From positions 1-19,104 of the forward strand of contig JAYGCN010000246.1 of the NCBI GenBank assembly GCA_046583315.1: 19,104 nt of DNA. Direction: 5' to 3'. The notes below the pieces were generated by a model that had not been told where the DNA came from, searched no databases, and saw only the letters and a program-made list of their open reading frames with translations. The stretch comes from Candidatus Hydrogenedentota bacterium. Lineage in GTDB: Bacteria; Hydrogenedentota; Hydrogenedentia; Hydrogenedentales; GCA-2746185. This document shows positions 7,926 to 17,479 of the stretch, piece by piece; position 1 is the first letter of the stretch; each line of letters opens with the position of its first letter. The position numbers and the translations under genes are program-made.

Positions 7926-8096
7926 TTAGTTGGGTAATCCCTCCATCGGTGGAGAAGTCGTGAGCCAGATTCGATGTGTTAGCACCGTGCCCATCGGTTT
8001 GGGCATCGTCACGAGGCGTTTAGCATCCACAAGGGCGCAGATACAGTTCGCCCGCGAGGCGTATGCATTACTAAATCGCTGGTGCGTGATTTGCAT
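7926..8096 (-). CDS. Putative leader peptide (56 aa, MQITHQ...RIWLTTSPPMEGLPN)
   Basis: TAAGGA RBS before ATG 8096. It lies between a sigma70 promoter and a terminator about 30 nt past its stop. Confidence 0.55.
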   Translation of the reverse strand: MQITHQRFSNAYASRANCICALVDAKRLVTMPKPMGTVLTHRIWLTTSPPMEGLPN

Positions 8097-8166
8097 GTCT
8101 GCTTTCCTTATGGTTTTCCGCATCGAAATGCAGATTGGCTTCGTTTGGGTAGAACTTTATCGCGAG

Positions 8167-8195
8167 AGCATAACAGAAACGGGGTCATCTAGCAA
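8167..8195 (-). promoter_or_regulatory. Putative sigma70 promoter of the leader/region-4 transcript
   Basis: Minus strand TTGCTA-17 bp-TATGCT with an extended TG. The predicted TSS is near 8160. Confidence 0.6.
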
Positions 8196-8286
8196 CCAAT
8201 TTGTTGGTTTCGATGAACGATTCTGCACGTTGTCGTTATCTCTTGTAGGGAGTATGCGCACTTTTTCGTGTCGAGCGATTATTTTT

Positions 8287-8357
8287 TGTCAATTATTTTT
8301 CGGACATTTTTGTACAAATTGACGCATGATGTACAAAATTGTGAACAAAAATGTACA
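8287..8357. promoter_or_regulatory. Putative upstream activator sequence array (TGT-N12-ACA / TGTACA repeats)
   Basis: TGTACA at 8311, 8330 and 8352. Overlapping TGT-N12-ACA at 8330-8347 and 8340-8357, and TGTC-N12-GACA at 8287-8306. The array lies 75-145 bp upstream of a sigma54 motif. Confidence 0.55.
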
Positions 8358-8431
8358 CGATGGCAGTCATTTCAAACCAGTGCTCCAAGAACCGCCCCAA
8401 TAGCAGGGACGTTTGTGTTTATTGGTGATCG

Positions 8432-8447
8432 TGGCACGGGAATTGCG
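8432..8447 (+). promoter_or_regulatory. Sigma54 (-24/-12) promoter
   Basis: TGGCACGGGAATTGCG matches the TGGCAC-N5-TTGC consensus, about 35 bp before ATG 8483. Confidence 0.85.
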
Positions 8448-8482
8448 AAAAAGACCCCAGCACCTTGTATGAAGGAGTAATC

Positions 8483-9679
8483 ATGAGTACCACCACTGTT
8501 GAGCCAACAAGTCTGAAACAAGTCCTCTCTGGAAAGGAACTATCGATGTTGCCATCAGACGCTCAGCCGCTTCATGTACTGGTTGTTGACGATGAGAATG
8601 GTCCACGCCAGGCACTGCGGATGTTATTGAAGGAAACGTACACGGTTCACATAGTTGAGGGTGCCTTGGAAGCATTAAAGGCGCTTGAGGAATTCCCGAT
8701 TGGGGTGGTCGTCAGTGACATTCGCATGCCCAAGATCTCGGGTGTGGAGTTGTTGCAGATGATCCAGCAACGGTACCCGAATATTCAGGTCATTATTGTA
8801 ACGGGTTATGGTGAATTGGATACGGCCATGAAAGCCGTTGAATATGGCGCCTATGCTTATCTGGAAAAACCCTACGACGCGGATAAAATGTTGAACATTG
8901 TCGCATCGGCCTATGGAAAGTTCACGGAAGAACGGGAGCGACGCGCATTGGAAGATTTGGCTCTTGAAGCGAGTCGTTTTGAGACCTTGGGACGTTTGGT
9001 GTCGGGCACAATGCACGATCTTGGAACGCCATTAACCGTGCTCAACAGCCACCTAGAAATACTCTCCATGAATCCACACCGTGATGACATCGCCAAACGT
9101 GTGGAGACGATGCGCTCGCAAGTGGCCTATTGCTCAGAACTTACGAGAAGCACGATGGATTATTTGCGCCATGACAAAGGTGTACACGGCCCACTGAATC
9201 TCAATGCTGTTGTCGAAGAAACCATGGCCGTTGCCAATCCGTATCTTCGAGAGACTTCGGTTGAGTGCCAGCTGGACCTGGATGCAAGTCTTCCTGAAAT
9301 TTATGGAGAGATCGCGTTGCTACGGCAGTCCATTATGAACTTGATGAATAACGCTTGCCAGGCGATGCTTGAGCAGAAGGAAGATCGCATTCTTCATGTG
9401 CGCAGCTACTTGACAGAAGATCGCGTGTGCCTTGAAATCGAAGATAGGGGTCCGGGAATTCCGGAAACATTACGGAATCGGATTTTTGAAATGTTTTATT
9501 CAACGAAGGGGGAAAAGGGAACCGGTCTTGGCCTGGGGGTTGTCTCCAACGTGATGCGACGCTGCGGGGGTAGCGTCGATCTCGTTGATGGGCAGCATGG
9601 CACAGGCGCGTGTTTCCGACTTCAGTTTCCTGCTCGGGGGTTGTCTGAGCAGGGGGATGGAGTGGCTTTGGCGCAATAA
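8483..9679 (+). CDS. Cytoplasmic hybrid response-regulator receiver / histidine kinase
   Basis: REC domain (VVDDE, SDIRMP, IVTGY, EKP), HisKA H-box MHDLGTPL, and HATPase N/G1/F/G2 boxes (NLMNNACQA, DRGPGI, IFEMFYSTK, GTGLGL). AAGGAG RBS. Confidence 0.92.
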   Translation: MSTTTVEPTSLKQVLSGKELSMLPSDAQPLHVLVVDDENGPRQALRMLLKETYTVHIVEGALEALKALEEFPIGVVVSDIRMPKISGVELLQMIQQRYPNIQVIIVTGYGELDTAMKAVEYGAYAYLEKPYDADKMLNIVASAYGKFTEERERRALEDLALEASRFETLGRLVSGTMHDLGTPLTVLNSHLEILSMNPHRDDIAKRVETMRSQVAYCSELTRSTMDYLRHDKGVHGPLNLNAVVEETMAVANPYLRETSVECQLDLDASLPEIYGEIALLRQSIMNLMNNACQAMLEQKEDRILHVRSYLTEDRVCLEIEDRGPGIPETLRNRIFEMFYSTKGEKGTGLGLGVVSNVMRRCGGSVDLVDGQHGTGACFRLQFPARGLSEQGDGVALAQ

Positions 9680-9719
9680 TTATTGTTAGATATTGAGCGA
9701 GGGGCAAGGCCTGAGGCAT

Positions 9720-9764
9720 TCGGGGTCGAATTACCATCAGGTAATTCGACCCCGATGTCCTTTT
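9720..9764 (+). terminator. Long perfect hairpin, probable terminator after the hybrid kinase
   Basis: 16-bp stem TCGGGGTCGAATTACC-ATCA-GGTAATTCGACCCCGA followed by TGTCCTTTT. Confidence 0.6.
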
Positions 9765-9811
9765 GATATACTCAACAAGGACGCTAACGAGCTCATCCCT
9801 AGGAGTGTGCC

Positions 9812-10159
9812 TTGATAAAGCATGTATGCGATGGTTGCGGCGCTACGATTCCGCCCAAGACCTTGCGCTATACGGTTACAATTGATGTGCGCGCCGCGTA
9901 TGACACCCTGGAGATTGGCCTGGCAGAGTTGGTGCGGGATCACCGCCAGGAATTGCTTGCGCTGATCGATTCTCTGTCCGATGCCTCAACCGACGATGTG
10001 GAAGCCTCCGTGTATAAGAAACTGACGCTCGATCTGTGTCCCTCCTGTCAGCGCGCGTATCTGAAAGAGCCCCTTCGATTTCATCCGGAGCAGGATCCCG
10101 GGAAATCCGATCTGGATATCGACACCTTCTTACGATCACTGGGCATCTCCAATGATTGA
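9812..10159 (+). CDS. Hypothetical protein with a split zinc finger (CDGC ... DLCPSC)
   Basis: AGGAG RBS before TTG 9812, and two CxxC motifs flanking an acidic insert. Confidence 0.78.
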   Translation: MIKHVCDGCGATIPPKTLRYTVTIDVRAAYDTLEIGLAELVRDHRQELLALIDSLSDASTDDVEASVYKKLTLDLCPSCQRAYLKEPLRFHPEQDPGKSDLDIDTFLRSLGISND

Positions 10160-10239
10160 CCTGATTTGGCTTGGGGACCGGTCTTACGGTAGGATTATTC
10201 TCTAATGTGTAGTCGCGCTTCGGCAATGGGATACAGTTG

Positions 10240-11349
10240 ATGTTTGAAAAGTTTAGGATTCCCGGAATAATTCTGGTGATTGTGATGTCTGGTTGGCTGG
10301 TGATTACAGTTGGCGGGTGTGGCGCTATTGCTGATCCAGACCGGAAGGTGATCGCGAATTTCGAAGGGGAAAAATTTCGCAGGGGCGACCTGCGGGACGT
10401 GATTCGGGAGATGTCCGATGAGGACCGGCCGCTCATTCAGACGCGTGACGATTTGGTGGAGACGCTGAACGATCACCTGAATAAACAAATCTTGATTATG
10501 GAAGCGCGCGAGTTGCGCATTGAGGAGAAACTTGAGGTTTCCAGAGAACACGCGCGTCGGATTTATTTCGCGAAACACCCCGAATACGTGAACGTGGAAA
10601 AAATGACTGACCCCTCGGTGATGGGGATTTCACAGAACGATTTGATGGCGCTACAGGCGGAGTTGGAATTCGGCATTGATGATGAGATGGAACTTCTGTT
10701 CCAGGCGGCGGCGTTTGAGTATCGGGTGCAACATTTTATCGAGACGGCCAAACCCAAGATAGAAGAATGGGAATTTGAGGATGAGTACGACGCGCGCAAG
10801 GAGTCACTATTTACGTTTGAGACCGTAGATTTCATCGGAATTCGTTTTCCTTTAGGGCCAGGTGCGCAAAAGGAAGCCGTGAAAGCACGTGGACGTATCG
10901 ACGCGGGTGAACCTTTCCAGGATGTCCTCCGAAAATATTTGGCACTCAGCCCTGATTTCGGCATCCGGGCCGCATTTGATAATAATCCAACCAAAATGCG
11001 CTTCGTTCAATTCTGGTACGGCGTAACGGGCAGCAAAAAGGGCGATTTGGTCGGCCCGGTATTTCTACCGTCGCACGATCAAATGCGTCCCGGACCGGAT
11101 GGTCGGATGGAAGTTAAGCAGGAAACGGATTCGTGGGTCGTATTGGAGGTTATCGATAGCGAGGCCCCTCGCCAGAAATCGCTTGAGGAATCAAAACAGG
11201 AATTGGTCATGCCCATTCTGCGGCGGCGCGTGATGGATGAGCTGCGCGCTTCCTATGGTGTCGAAATTTTCCCAGAGGAATTATGGCGTCCGGAAGGGTA
11301 CGGGAATCAATTTAAGGATTCGATGATTGAGACGTCGGTGAAGCGGTAG
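10240..11349 (+). CDS. PrsA/SurA-like foldase (parvulin-like) lipoprotein
   Basis: Hydrophobic N-terminus with a lipobox-like VGGC, and motifs VIANFEGEKF, LILIMEARELRIE-type SurA-N helix, RIDAGEPFQDVLRKY, KKGDLVGPV and KSLEESKQE. Confidence 0.65.
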   Translation: MFEKFRIPGIILVIVMSGWLVITVGGCGAIADPDRKVIANFEGEKFRRGDLRDVIREMSDEDRPLIQTRDDLVETLNDHLNKQILIMEARELRIEEKLEVSREHARRIYFAKHPEYVNVEKMTDPSVMGISQNDLMALQAELEFGIDDEMELLFQAAAFEYRVQHFIETAKPKIEEWEFEDEYDARKESLFTFETVDFIGIRFPLGPGAQKEAVKARGRIDAGEPFQDVLRKYLALSPDFGIRAAFDNNPTKMRFVQFWYGVTGSKKGDLVGPVFLPSHDQMRPGPDGRMEVKQETDSWVVLEVIDSEAPRQKSLEESKQELVMPILRRRVMDELRASYGVEIFPEELWRPEGYGNQFKDSMIETSVKR

Positions 11350-12958
11350 TCTCCAACGGATCGATGTAACGTCCCCGGGCAATGATGTCTTGTGGATCGA
11401 GTGCCCGTTTGAGGCTGGTGGCGACATCCCAGTATACAGATGAACGCTGCTTTATTTTTGGCATGCCTTGCAATCCCGAACGGTAGATGTAATACCCGTT
11501 TTCCATAATCGCTTTCATCATGGCGTCGTAACAATCCGAGGCGGCCTGACACTCTTCTGCTACGGTCTTGTCGAAGGCAATGTTGAATATGGCGACGACG
11601 CTACGCTCCGTGAGCAAAATAAAACTGACGATCATGTCGAAGCCGTGGGCGTGAAAAATAGGTTCGACGATTTTCTGAATGGCGATGGGTTCGCTGCCCA
11701 GCATCGGCATAACCGGCGAAACCCAATAGAGTCCGATATTAATATCGCGCAAATCTTCGATGCCCTCGGGTGGTTTACGCAGTCTCCATTGCGCGCCACG
11801 AAGCGGTTCGGATGACGGGATGCCTTTGAGCAGATCAAAGTTTTGGCGCACGATGCGCATGCGCCATTCAAAAGCACGACCCAATCCTATCTTCACCAGA
11901 TTTCGAGCGATGGCCTCAGCAGTGTCCACCTTCCAATCGGTGAGAAATCGTGGTCTGCACAAACCCTTGAGTGCGCGTTTCAATTCTTTGCGTGCTGCAC
12001 GTACGGAACTTTTGGATCCCGAAATCGATCCCGATCCCTGCCACGCCTTCGCCATGGACTGCTCACGCATGTCGTCCCTGAGTTCCGGAGAAAGCGGAGT
12101 CTCTTTTGTCTTGTCCCACGGATAATGCCCGGTACTCGTCATTACACGGAAATCATTGCCGATGTGGATCGCGGTTGTAAGCGTACCGTTCATTCGGAGC
12201 GGCCGGAGGCGATCAACGAGGTCCTCGATCTGCGCGAAGTCGTCGACCATAAAATAGAAAAACTCGAAGGCTTCCGGCTCAGGAAGTAGCCACAATCCGA
12301 TCCTGGTAATGATGCCGTAATTGGACTGCGTAAAAATCCCGTTCATGAACGGCCCTGCGCCGTAGGGATACACCTGCGCCGCGCGGGCATCTTCATAGTG
12401 CCCAAAGCCGGTATTCAGAACGCGACCGTTCGCAAGTACAATCTCCATGCTGCAAGTGGTCAATATATGATCGCCATACCGCGTATGCCCGAAGCCACGG
12501 TCTGCCGTGTTCCCGACAAGACTCGAATCCGGGCCGGCAGCCGTCGCGTCCATCCAAAGACCCGTCTTATTTTCTTGAAGATATTTGTACAGTTGTCCCT
12601 GCGTAACGCCAGGTTCAATGACGCAATAGGCGAGTTCGGAATTTACCTCCAGGATTTTATTCATACGACCGAGATCGATTATGGCCGCACCATCCGAAGC
12701 CGCACAGGCATCTCCGTAACCCCAGTTTTTACCGCAGGAAATCGGGTAGACCACGACGCCATGTTCGGAAGCGATTTGCACAATCGCCTGAACTTCTTCG
12801 GTGGATTCGGGGTACAGCACGCACGAGGGTTGCGGCGCGTCGGCCTGAGTCGTACGTCCGTATTTCTCGAGCGTCAGCGCGTCATCGAGAACTTTTTTCG
12901 CTCCCAGAGATTCCCGCCACGCGTTGATTGCGTTGGTCGTCTGAGCTGGATCGTGCAT
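11312..12958 (-). CDS. FAD-linked oxidoreductase of the VAO/p-cresol methylhydroxylase family
   Basis: Motifs PISCGKNWGYG, IDLGRMNKI, IEPGVTQ, GNTADRGFG, EIVLANG, FTQSNYGII, YIYR and LKRALDPQDII. The start is uncertain (12958, or GTG 13018). Confidence 0.88.
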   Translation of the reverse strand: MHDPAQTTNAINAWRESLGAKKVLDDALTLEKYGRTTQADAPQPSCVLYPESTEEVQAIVQIASEHGVVVYPISCGKNWGYGDACAASDGAAIIDLGRMNKILEVNSELAYCVIEPGVTQGQLYKYLQENKTGLWMDATAAGPDSSLVGNTADRGFGHTRYGDHILTTCSMEIVLANGRVLNTGFGHYEDARAAQVYPYGAGPFMNGIFTQSNYGIITRIGLWLLPEPEAFEFFYFMVDDFAQIEDLVDRLRPLRMNGTLTTAIHIGNDFRVMTSTGHYPWDKTKETPLSPELRDDMREQSMAKAWQGSGSISGSKSSVRAARKELKRALKGLCRPRFLTDWKVDTAEAIARNLVKIGLGRAFEWRMRIVRQNFDLLKGIPSSEPLRGAQWRLRKPPEGIEDLRDINIGLYWVSPVMPMLGSEPIAIQKIVEPIFHAHGFDMIVSFILLTERSVVAIFNIAFDKTVAEECQAASDCYDAMMKAIMENGYYIYRSGLQGMPKIKQRSSVYWDVATSLKRALDPQDIIARGRYIDPLETTASPTSQSSNP

Positions 12959-13108
12959 ATCGTCGAATTTCTCCCCCGGCTCGACTGGCGACGTAGTATG
13001 ATCTCCCCCTGAGTTCACCGATTACGACGCTTTTAGTATATGACTATTGTACAGAATGTTTGCCTTCGATGGTATCAATTTCCGCCACGCTCGAAGTTCT
13101 GTTTTTGC

Positions 13109-13414
13109 TTAATCTCTGGGTAATTTTATCTTGCGCTTGTCCGGTTTCGGGTGTTGACGATACAGGATGGCGACGTGCCCAATGATGCCGGCGACGGTCG
13201 CTCCGGTGGATTCGGCGATCTGGGCGGTGAACTCTTTCTTTTCATCTTTGTGCTCGTTGAAGCGTATTTTGATGAGTTCGTGGGCATCGAGGGATTGATT
13301 GACTGATTCAATGAGCGCGTCAGTAATGCCGCGATTGCCGATGAGCACAGCGGGGTCGAGGTGATGGGCCTGGCTACGTAGAGATTTTCGTTGGCCACTG
13401 GATAGTTCGGGCAT
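13109..13414 (-). CDS. yhbY: Ribosome assembly RNA-binding protein YhbY (CRM domain)
   Basis: Motifs LSSGQRKSLRSQAHHLDP, IGNRG, LDAHELIKI and IGHVAILYR. AAGGA RBS. Confidence 0.92.
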   Translation of the reverse strand: MPELSSGQRKSLRSQAHHLDPAVLIGNRGITDALIESVNQSLDAHELIKIRFNEHKDEKKEFTAQIAESTGATVAGIIGHVAILYRQHPKPDKRKIKLPRD

Positions 13415-13629
13415 GGGTTTTCCTTTTGTTGGCTACGTTCTGATCGTATCGAAAACGGAAGAGGTTTACAAAAAGCAGGCGTTGAAGCGTCCGAATATAG
13501 TACCAAAATGTAATAAAGTATATCAAGGCTACGTTTATGTATGACTTCGCCGTTTTTGATCGCCTTGCCATTATGCTCTAAGTGTTTGTAATTATACGGG
13601 TTGTGATAAATCAATTTTTGGTGGAGAAA

Positions 13630-13645
13630 CGGCATAGAGTTTGCT
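13630..13645 (+). promoter_or_regulatory. Sigma54 (-24/-12) promoter of glutamine synthetase
   Basis: CGGCATAGAGTTTGCT (GG-N10-GC), with an IHF-like TAAgtgtTTGTAA at 13579-13591 upstream. Confidence 0.7.
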
Positions 13646-13741
13646 ACAGTAGTACTTCATGTTTTTTCCCATGAAAGTGTTCGGCTGTGTTAAAAATTGG
13701 ACGGAACAGGGCTAATTTAATCTAAAAGGAGCTAGTGAGCG

Positions 13742-15928
13742 ATGAGTGGAAGCAAAGCGCGCTTGGACGCGGTAAAGGCAGTAATTGACTTCGAAAGTTC
13801 AGGAGCAGGGGTAAATTTTCTTGAGACGTCTACGACCGATTTATTCGGCGAGAATGTGTTTAATTTGGAAACCATGCGGGCACGTCTGCCCAAGGCGGTT
13901 TTCAAACAGTTGAAAGCAACGATCGAAACCGGATCGAAACTGGATTCGGGTGTGGCTGATGTTGTTGCTTCGGCAATGAAAGATTGGGCGGTCGAAAAAG
14001 GGGCGACGCACTACACCCACGTGTTTTATCCCTTGACCGGATTGACGGCTGAAAAGCATGACAGCTTTCTTACACCGGATGATGAAGGCGGCGCGATATT
14101 CGAATTCGGCGGCAAAGTGCTGATTCAAGGCGAGCCGGATGCGTCCAGTTTCCCTTCGGGCGGAATTCGTGCGACCTTTGAAGCGCGTGGATACACAGCT
14201 TGGGATGTAACAAGTCCCGCGTACATCCTCGAGAACGCAAATGGTACGACCTTGTGCATTCCGACAGCGTTTGTGTCGTGGACGGGCGAGGCGCTTGACA
14301 AAAAGACGCCTATCCTTCGTTCGCAGCAGGCATTGAATAAGCAGTCGCAACGTATTCTTGCTCTTTTTGGTCATGAGGACGGCGCGAATGTTTGTTCGAC
14401 CGCCGGTGCTGAGCAGGAGTATTTCCTGATTGACCGTAACTTCTATTATGCGCGTCCGGATTTACAAATGACGGGTCGCACGCTTTTTGGCGCGGCTTCG
14501 CCGAAGGGTCAGGAGTTTGATGACCATTATTTCGGCGCGATTCCCGAGCGTGTGCTGGCCTGTATGCATGAAGCGGAACACGAATTATTCCGACTCGGCG
14601 TGCCCATCAAAACCCGTCACAACGAGGTGGCTCCAGGCCAGTTCGAGATCGCTCCGGTGTTTGAAGGCGGCAACGTGGCCACGGACCATCAGCAGCTGAT
14701 TATGATCACGCTGAGAAAGATTGCGGAACGACACGGGCTCGTTTGCCTGCTGCATGAGAAGCCCTTCGCAGGACTCAACGGCTCGGGTAAACACCTGAAT
14801 TGGTCCCTGGGCAGTACCACTCAAGGCAATATGCTTGATCCGGGCGACACGCCGCATGACAACGCGCAATTCCTGGTGTTCTGTGCCGCAGTAATTCGCG
14901 CGGTACACAAACATTCCAAACTGTTGCGCGCCGTCATCGCTTCTGCAGGCAACGACCATCGTCTGGGTGCCAACGAAGCACCGCCGGCGATTATCTCTAT
15001 CTTCCTGGGCGCACAATTGACCGACGTATTCAATCAAATCAAAAAAGGCGGCGCGAAACGCTCGAAGAAAGCTGGTTTCTTGAATGTGGGCGTTGATTCG
15101 CTACCGGTGTTGCCGCGTGATGCTGGCGACCGTAACCGTACGAGTCCCTTTGCATTCACAGGCAACCGTTTTGAGTTCCGCGCGGTGGCTTCGAGTCAGT
15201 CCATCGCGGGTCCGCTTGTCGCACTGAACACCATCGTGGCGGATTCACTCGACTACATTGCGACCCAGCTCGAGAAAGCGACAAAGGGAAATCCCAAGAA
15301 GCTGAATGGTGCCTTGCAGAAAGTCTTGAAGGAAATCATCACGACCCACGGCGATATCATCTTTAACGGCGACGGATACTCGGACGCATGGCACAAGGAA
15401 GCTGTCACGAAGCGCAAATTGCCCAATCTGCGCACGACACCCGAGGCCCTGCCGATGTTAACCTCGAAAGATGTGTTGGCGATGTTCAAGAAGCATAAAG
15501 TGTTGTCAAATCGTGAAATGACCAGTCGTCTTGAAGTCTATACGGAACAGTACTGCATGACCGTAAACGTGGAAGCGAACGTGTGCCTGGAAATGGGCCG
15601 CACGATTATCTTCCCCGCGGCAGTGCGTTATCAGAATGAACTGGCTCAAGCAGTCGCAAATCTGAAGGCTGTGGGCGCTGATCCGGATACCCGTACGCTG
15701 GACAAGGTGACAGTGCTTATCAAGAAGCTTCAGGATAGCCTGAATTCTCTGGAAGAGCTTGCTGGGAACGTGTCGGGCAATACGCTTATTGCAGAAGCAA
15801 AGTACTATTGTGCAAAAGTGTTGCCGAAGATGCTCGAAGTGCGTGAAGCCGCTGATGGTCTGGAAGCGTATGTCGCCGACGATATGTGGCCGCTTCCGAC
15901 GTATCAGGAAATGCTGTTCATCAAGTAA
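13742..15928 (+). CDS. glnA: Glutamine synthetase type III (GlnN-type)
   Basis: 728 aa with [82 protein letters not shown] and WPLPTY. AAGGAG RBS. Confidence 0.96.
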   Translation: MSGSKARLDAVKAVIDFESSGAGVNFLETSTTDLFGENVFNLETMRARLPKAVFKQLKATIETGSKLDSGVADVVASAMKDWAVEKGATHYTHVFYPLTGLTAEKHDSFLTPDDEGGAIFEFGGKVLIQGEPDASSFPSGGIRATFEARGYTAWDVTSPAYILENANGTTLCIPTAFVSWTGEALDKKTPILRSQQALNKQSQRILALFGHEDGANVCSTAGAEQEYFLIDRNFYYARPDLQMTGRTLFGAASPKGQEFDDHYFGAIPERVLACMHEAEHELFRLGVPIKTRHNEVAPGQFEIAPVFEGGNVATDHQQLIMITLRKIAERHGLVCLLHEKPFAGLNGSGKHLNWSLGSTTQGNMLDPGDTPHDNAQFLVFCAAVIRAVHKHSKLLRAVIASAGNDHRLGANEAPPAIISIFLGAQLTDVFNQIKKGGAKRSKKAGFLNVGVDSLPVLPRDAGDRNRTSPFAFTGNRFEFRAVASSQSIAGPLVALNTIVADSLDYIATQLEKATKGNPKKLNGALQKVLKEIITTHGDIIFNGDGYSDAWHKEAVTKRKLPNLRTTPEALPMLTSKDVLAMFKKHKVLSNREMTSRLEVYTEQYCMTVNVEANVCLEMGRTIIFPAAVRYQNELAQAVANLKAVGADPDTRTLDKVTVLIKKLQDSLNSLEELAGNVSGNTLIAEAKYYCAKVLPKMLEVREAADGLEAYVADDMWPLPTYQEMLFIK

Positions 15929-15951
15929 GAACGGTTCCAAGTAAGAATTAG

Positions 15952-15987
15952 ACGCGCTCGCATGGTAACCCGTGCGAGCGCGTTTTT
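15952..15987 (+). terminator. Rho-independent terminator between convergent genes
   Basis: ACGCGCTCGCA/TGCGAGCGCGT stem followed by a T-run. Confidence 0.8.
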
Positions 15988-16011
15988 AGTTAACACTTGA
16001 AGAATCGTGGG

Positions 16012-17382
16012 CTATACGGGCAATTCCCAGCCGTTGTGGTATTCCTTGCTCACGACTTCTTTCGGATTCGGGTGATTATTGACGACACCCTTCACGTTGT
16101 CCCACTCATATTTCTCGCCAGTTTTTATGGTGAGATTTCCGAAGAGCACCATCTCGGAAAACGGTCCTGAATAATCAAAATTGGAGCACGCTGGCGCGAT
16201 ACCCTTGCACGCTTCGACCCAATTGCGATAATGGTTCACCGCGCGAATTCGCGGTATCGTGGGATCGGGTTTTGTGTATTCCGCCATGCGCTCATCCGGT
16301 AACAAGCGTGGTTTCCCGCCGTATTCACCAGCCGTCAAGACGCCATCGTCTCCGACCAGATACGATCCATTCGTGCGACCGTTCCATTCGCCTTCACCGA
16401 TGAGTTGATTGTCCGGCACACCCTTCGGGCGCGGCGGCATGTGTCCGCCGTCGTACCAATAAACATTCACGGGCGGCATATCGCCACGTGCCGAGAAACT
16501 GAACTTAATCGTCGAGGCATTCGGATAGGTAAAGTCATTCTTGCCCTCAATCGCCAACGTCTCAATCGTATAGGACTTCGCTTCATACAACTTCAGCGAC
16601 CAATACACCGGGTCCATAATGTGACACGCCATATCGGCCAATGCGCCGCCGCCGAAATCCTGCCAGCCGCGCCAATTATGCGGCAGGTATTCTTTATTGT
16701 ACGGTCGCTTCTTCGCCACGCCCAACCAGCGATCCCAATCGAGCGTCTCAGGAACTTTCTGAGACTCCAGCGCATGGTTGATGCCCTGCGGCCAGCTCGG
16801 GCGATTCGTCCATACATGCGCCTCACGCACCGGGCCTATCGCTCCAGACCAAACCATCTCGCATTGTTCGCGCACGCCGTTGCCCGAGTGACCCTGATTG
16901 CCCATCTGCGTCGCCACGCCCATCTCGCGGGCCGTATTCGTCAGCAGACGCGCTTCCGCAACGGTGTGGGTTAGAGGTTTCTGCACATAGCAGTGGATGC
17001 CGTGTTTCATCGCATAGTAGGCGGCCGGCGCGTGGGTATGATCCGGTGTTGACACCGTGACCGCGTCAATTTTCTTGCCCATCTTGTCAATCATCTCGCG
17101 GAAATCGCTAAACCTCTTCGCTTTGTCGAAATAGGCAAAGGTCTCCCCCGCGCGACGCTCATCGACATCGCACAAGGCCACGATATTTTCCTTTCGAAGC
17201 GAAAAAATATCGTCCCGACCTTTCCCGCCAGCACCAATCGCAGCAATATTCAGTTTCTCATTCGGCGAAATCTTACGCGGTACGACTTTGGCCGCGTTTA
17301 CGCGGACGGGAAATACGAGTCCTGCCGCCGAGGTTGTGGTCGCAGCCAAAAATGCGCGCCGGGTGAGTTTGAACTTGTTCAT
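16012..17382 (-). CDS. Tat-exported Gfo/Idh/MocA family oxidoreductase
   Basis: Twin-arginine signal TRRAFL, Rossmann IGAGGKG, and motifs VSTPDHTH, YVQKPL, QMGNQ and LADMACH. GGAG before ATG 17382. Confidence 0.92.
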   Translation of the reverse strand: MNKFKLTRRAFLAATTTSAAGLVFPVRVNAAKVVPRKISPNEKLNIAAIGAGGKGRDDIFSLRKENIVALCDVDERRAGETFAYFDKAKRFSDFREMIDKMGKKIDAVTVSTPDHTHAPAAYYAMKHGIHCYVQKPLTHTVAEARLLTNTAREMGVATQMGNQGHSGNGVREQCEMVWSGAIGPVREAHVWTNRPSWPQGINHALESQKVPETLDWDRWLGVAKKRPYNKEYLPHNWRGWQDFGGGALADMACHIMDPVYWSLKLYEAKSYTIETLAIEGKNDFTYPNASTIKFSFSARGDMPPVNVYWYDGGHMPPRPKGVPDNQLIGEGEWNGRTNGSYLVGDDGVLTAGEYGGKPRLLPDERMAEYTKPDPTIPRIRAVNHYRNWVEACKGIAPACSNFDYSGPFSEMVLFGNLTIKTGEKYEWDNVKGVVNNHPNPKEVVSKEYHNGWELPV

Positions 17383-17479
17383 GATAGTTGCTCCGGTGTA
17401 GACATAATCTGGCTTCCATGATATCGGTGTACCCAACGCGAGTCAACCGCTATAATGCTCTGAACCAAGGAGACCATTC

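Noticed and set aside
11312..11349. 38-bp overlap of convergent 3' ends
   Set aside because: Short convergent overlaps are common and both tails look non-conserved.
13126..13635. 169-aa ORF overlapping yhbY and the glnA promoter region
   Set aside because: It is an alternative frame over yhbY and AT-rich regulatory DNA with no protein-like signature.
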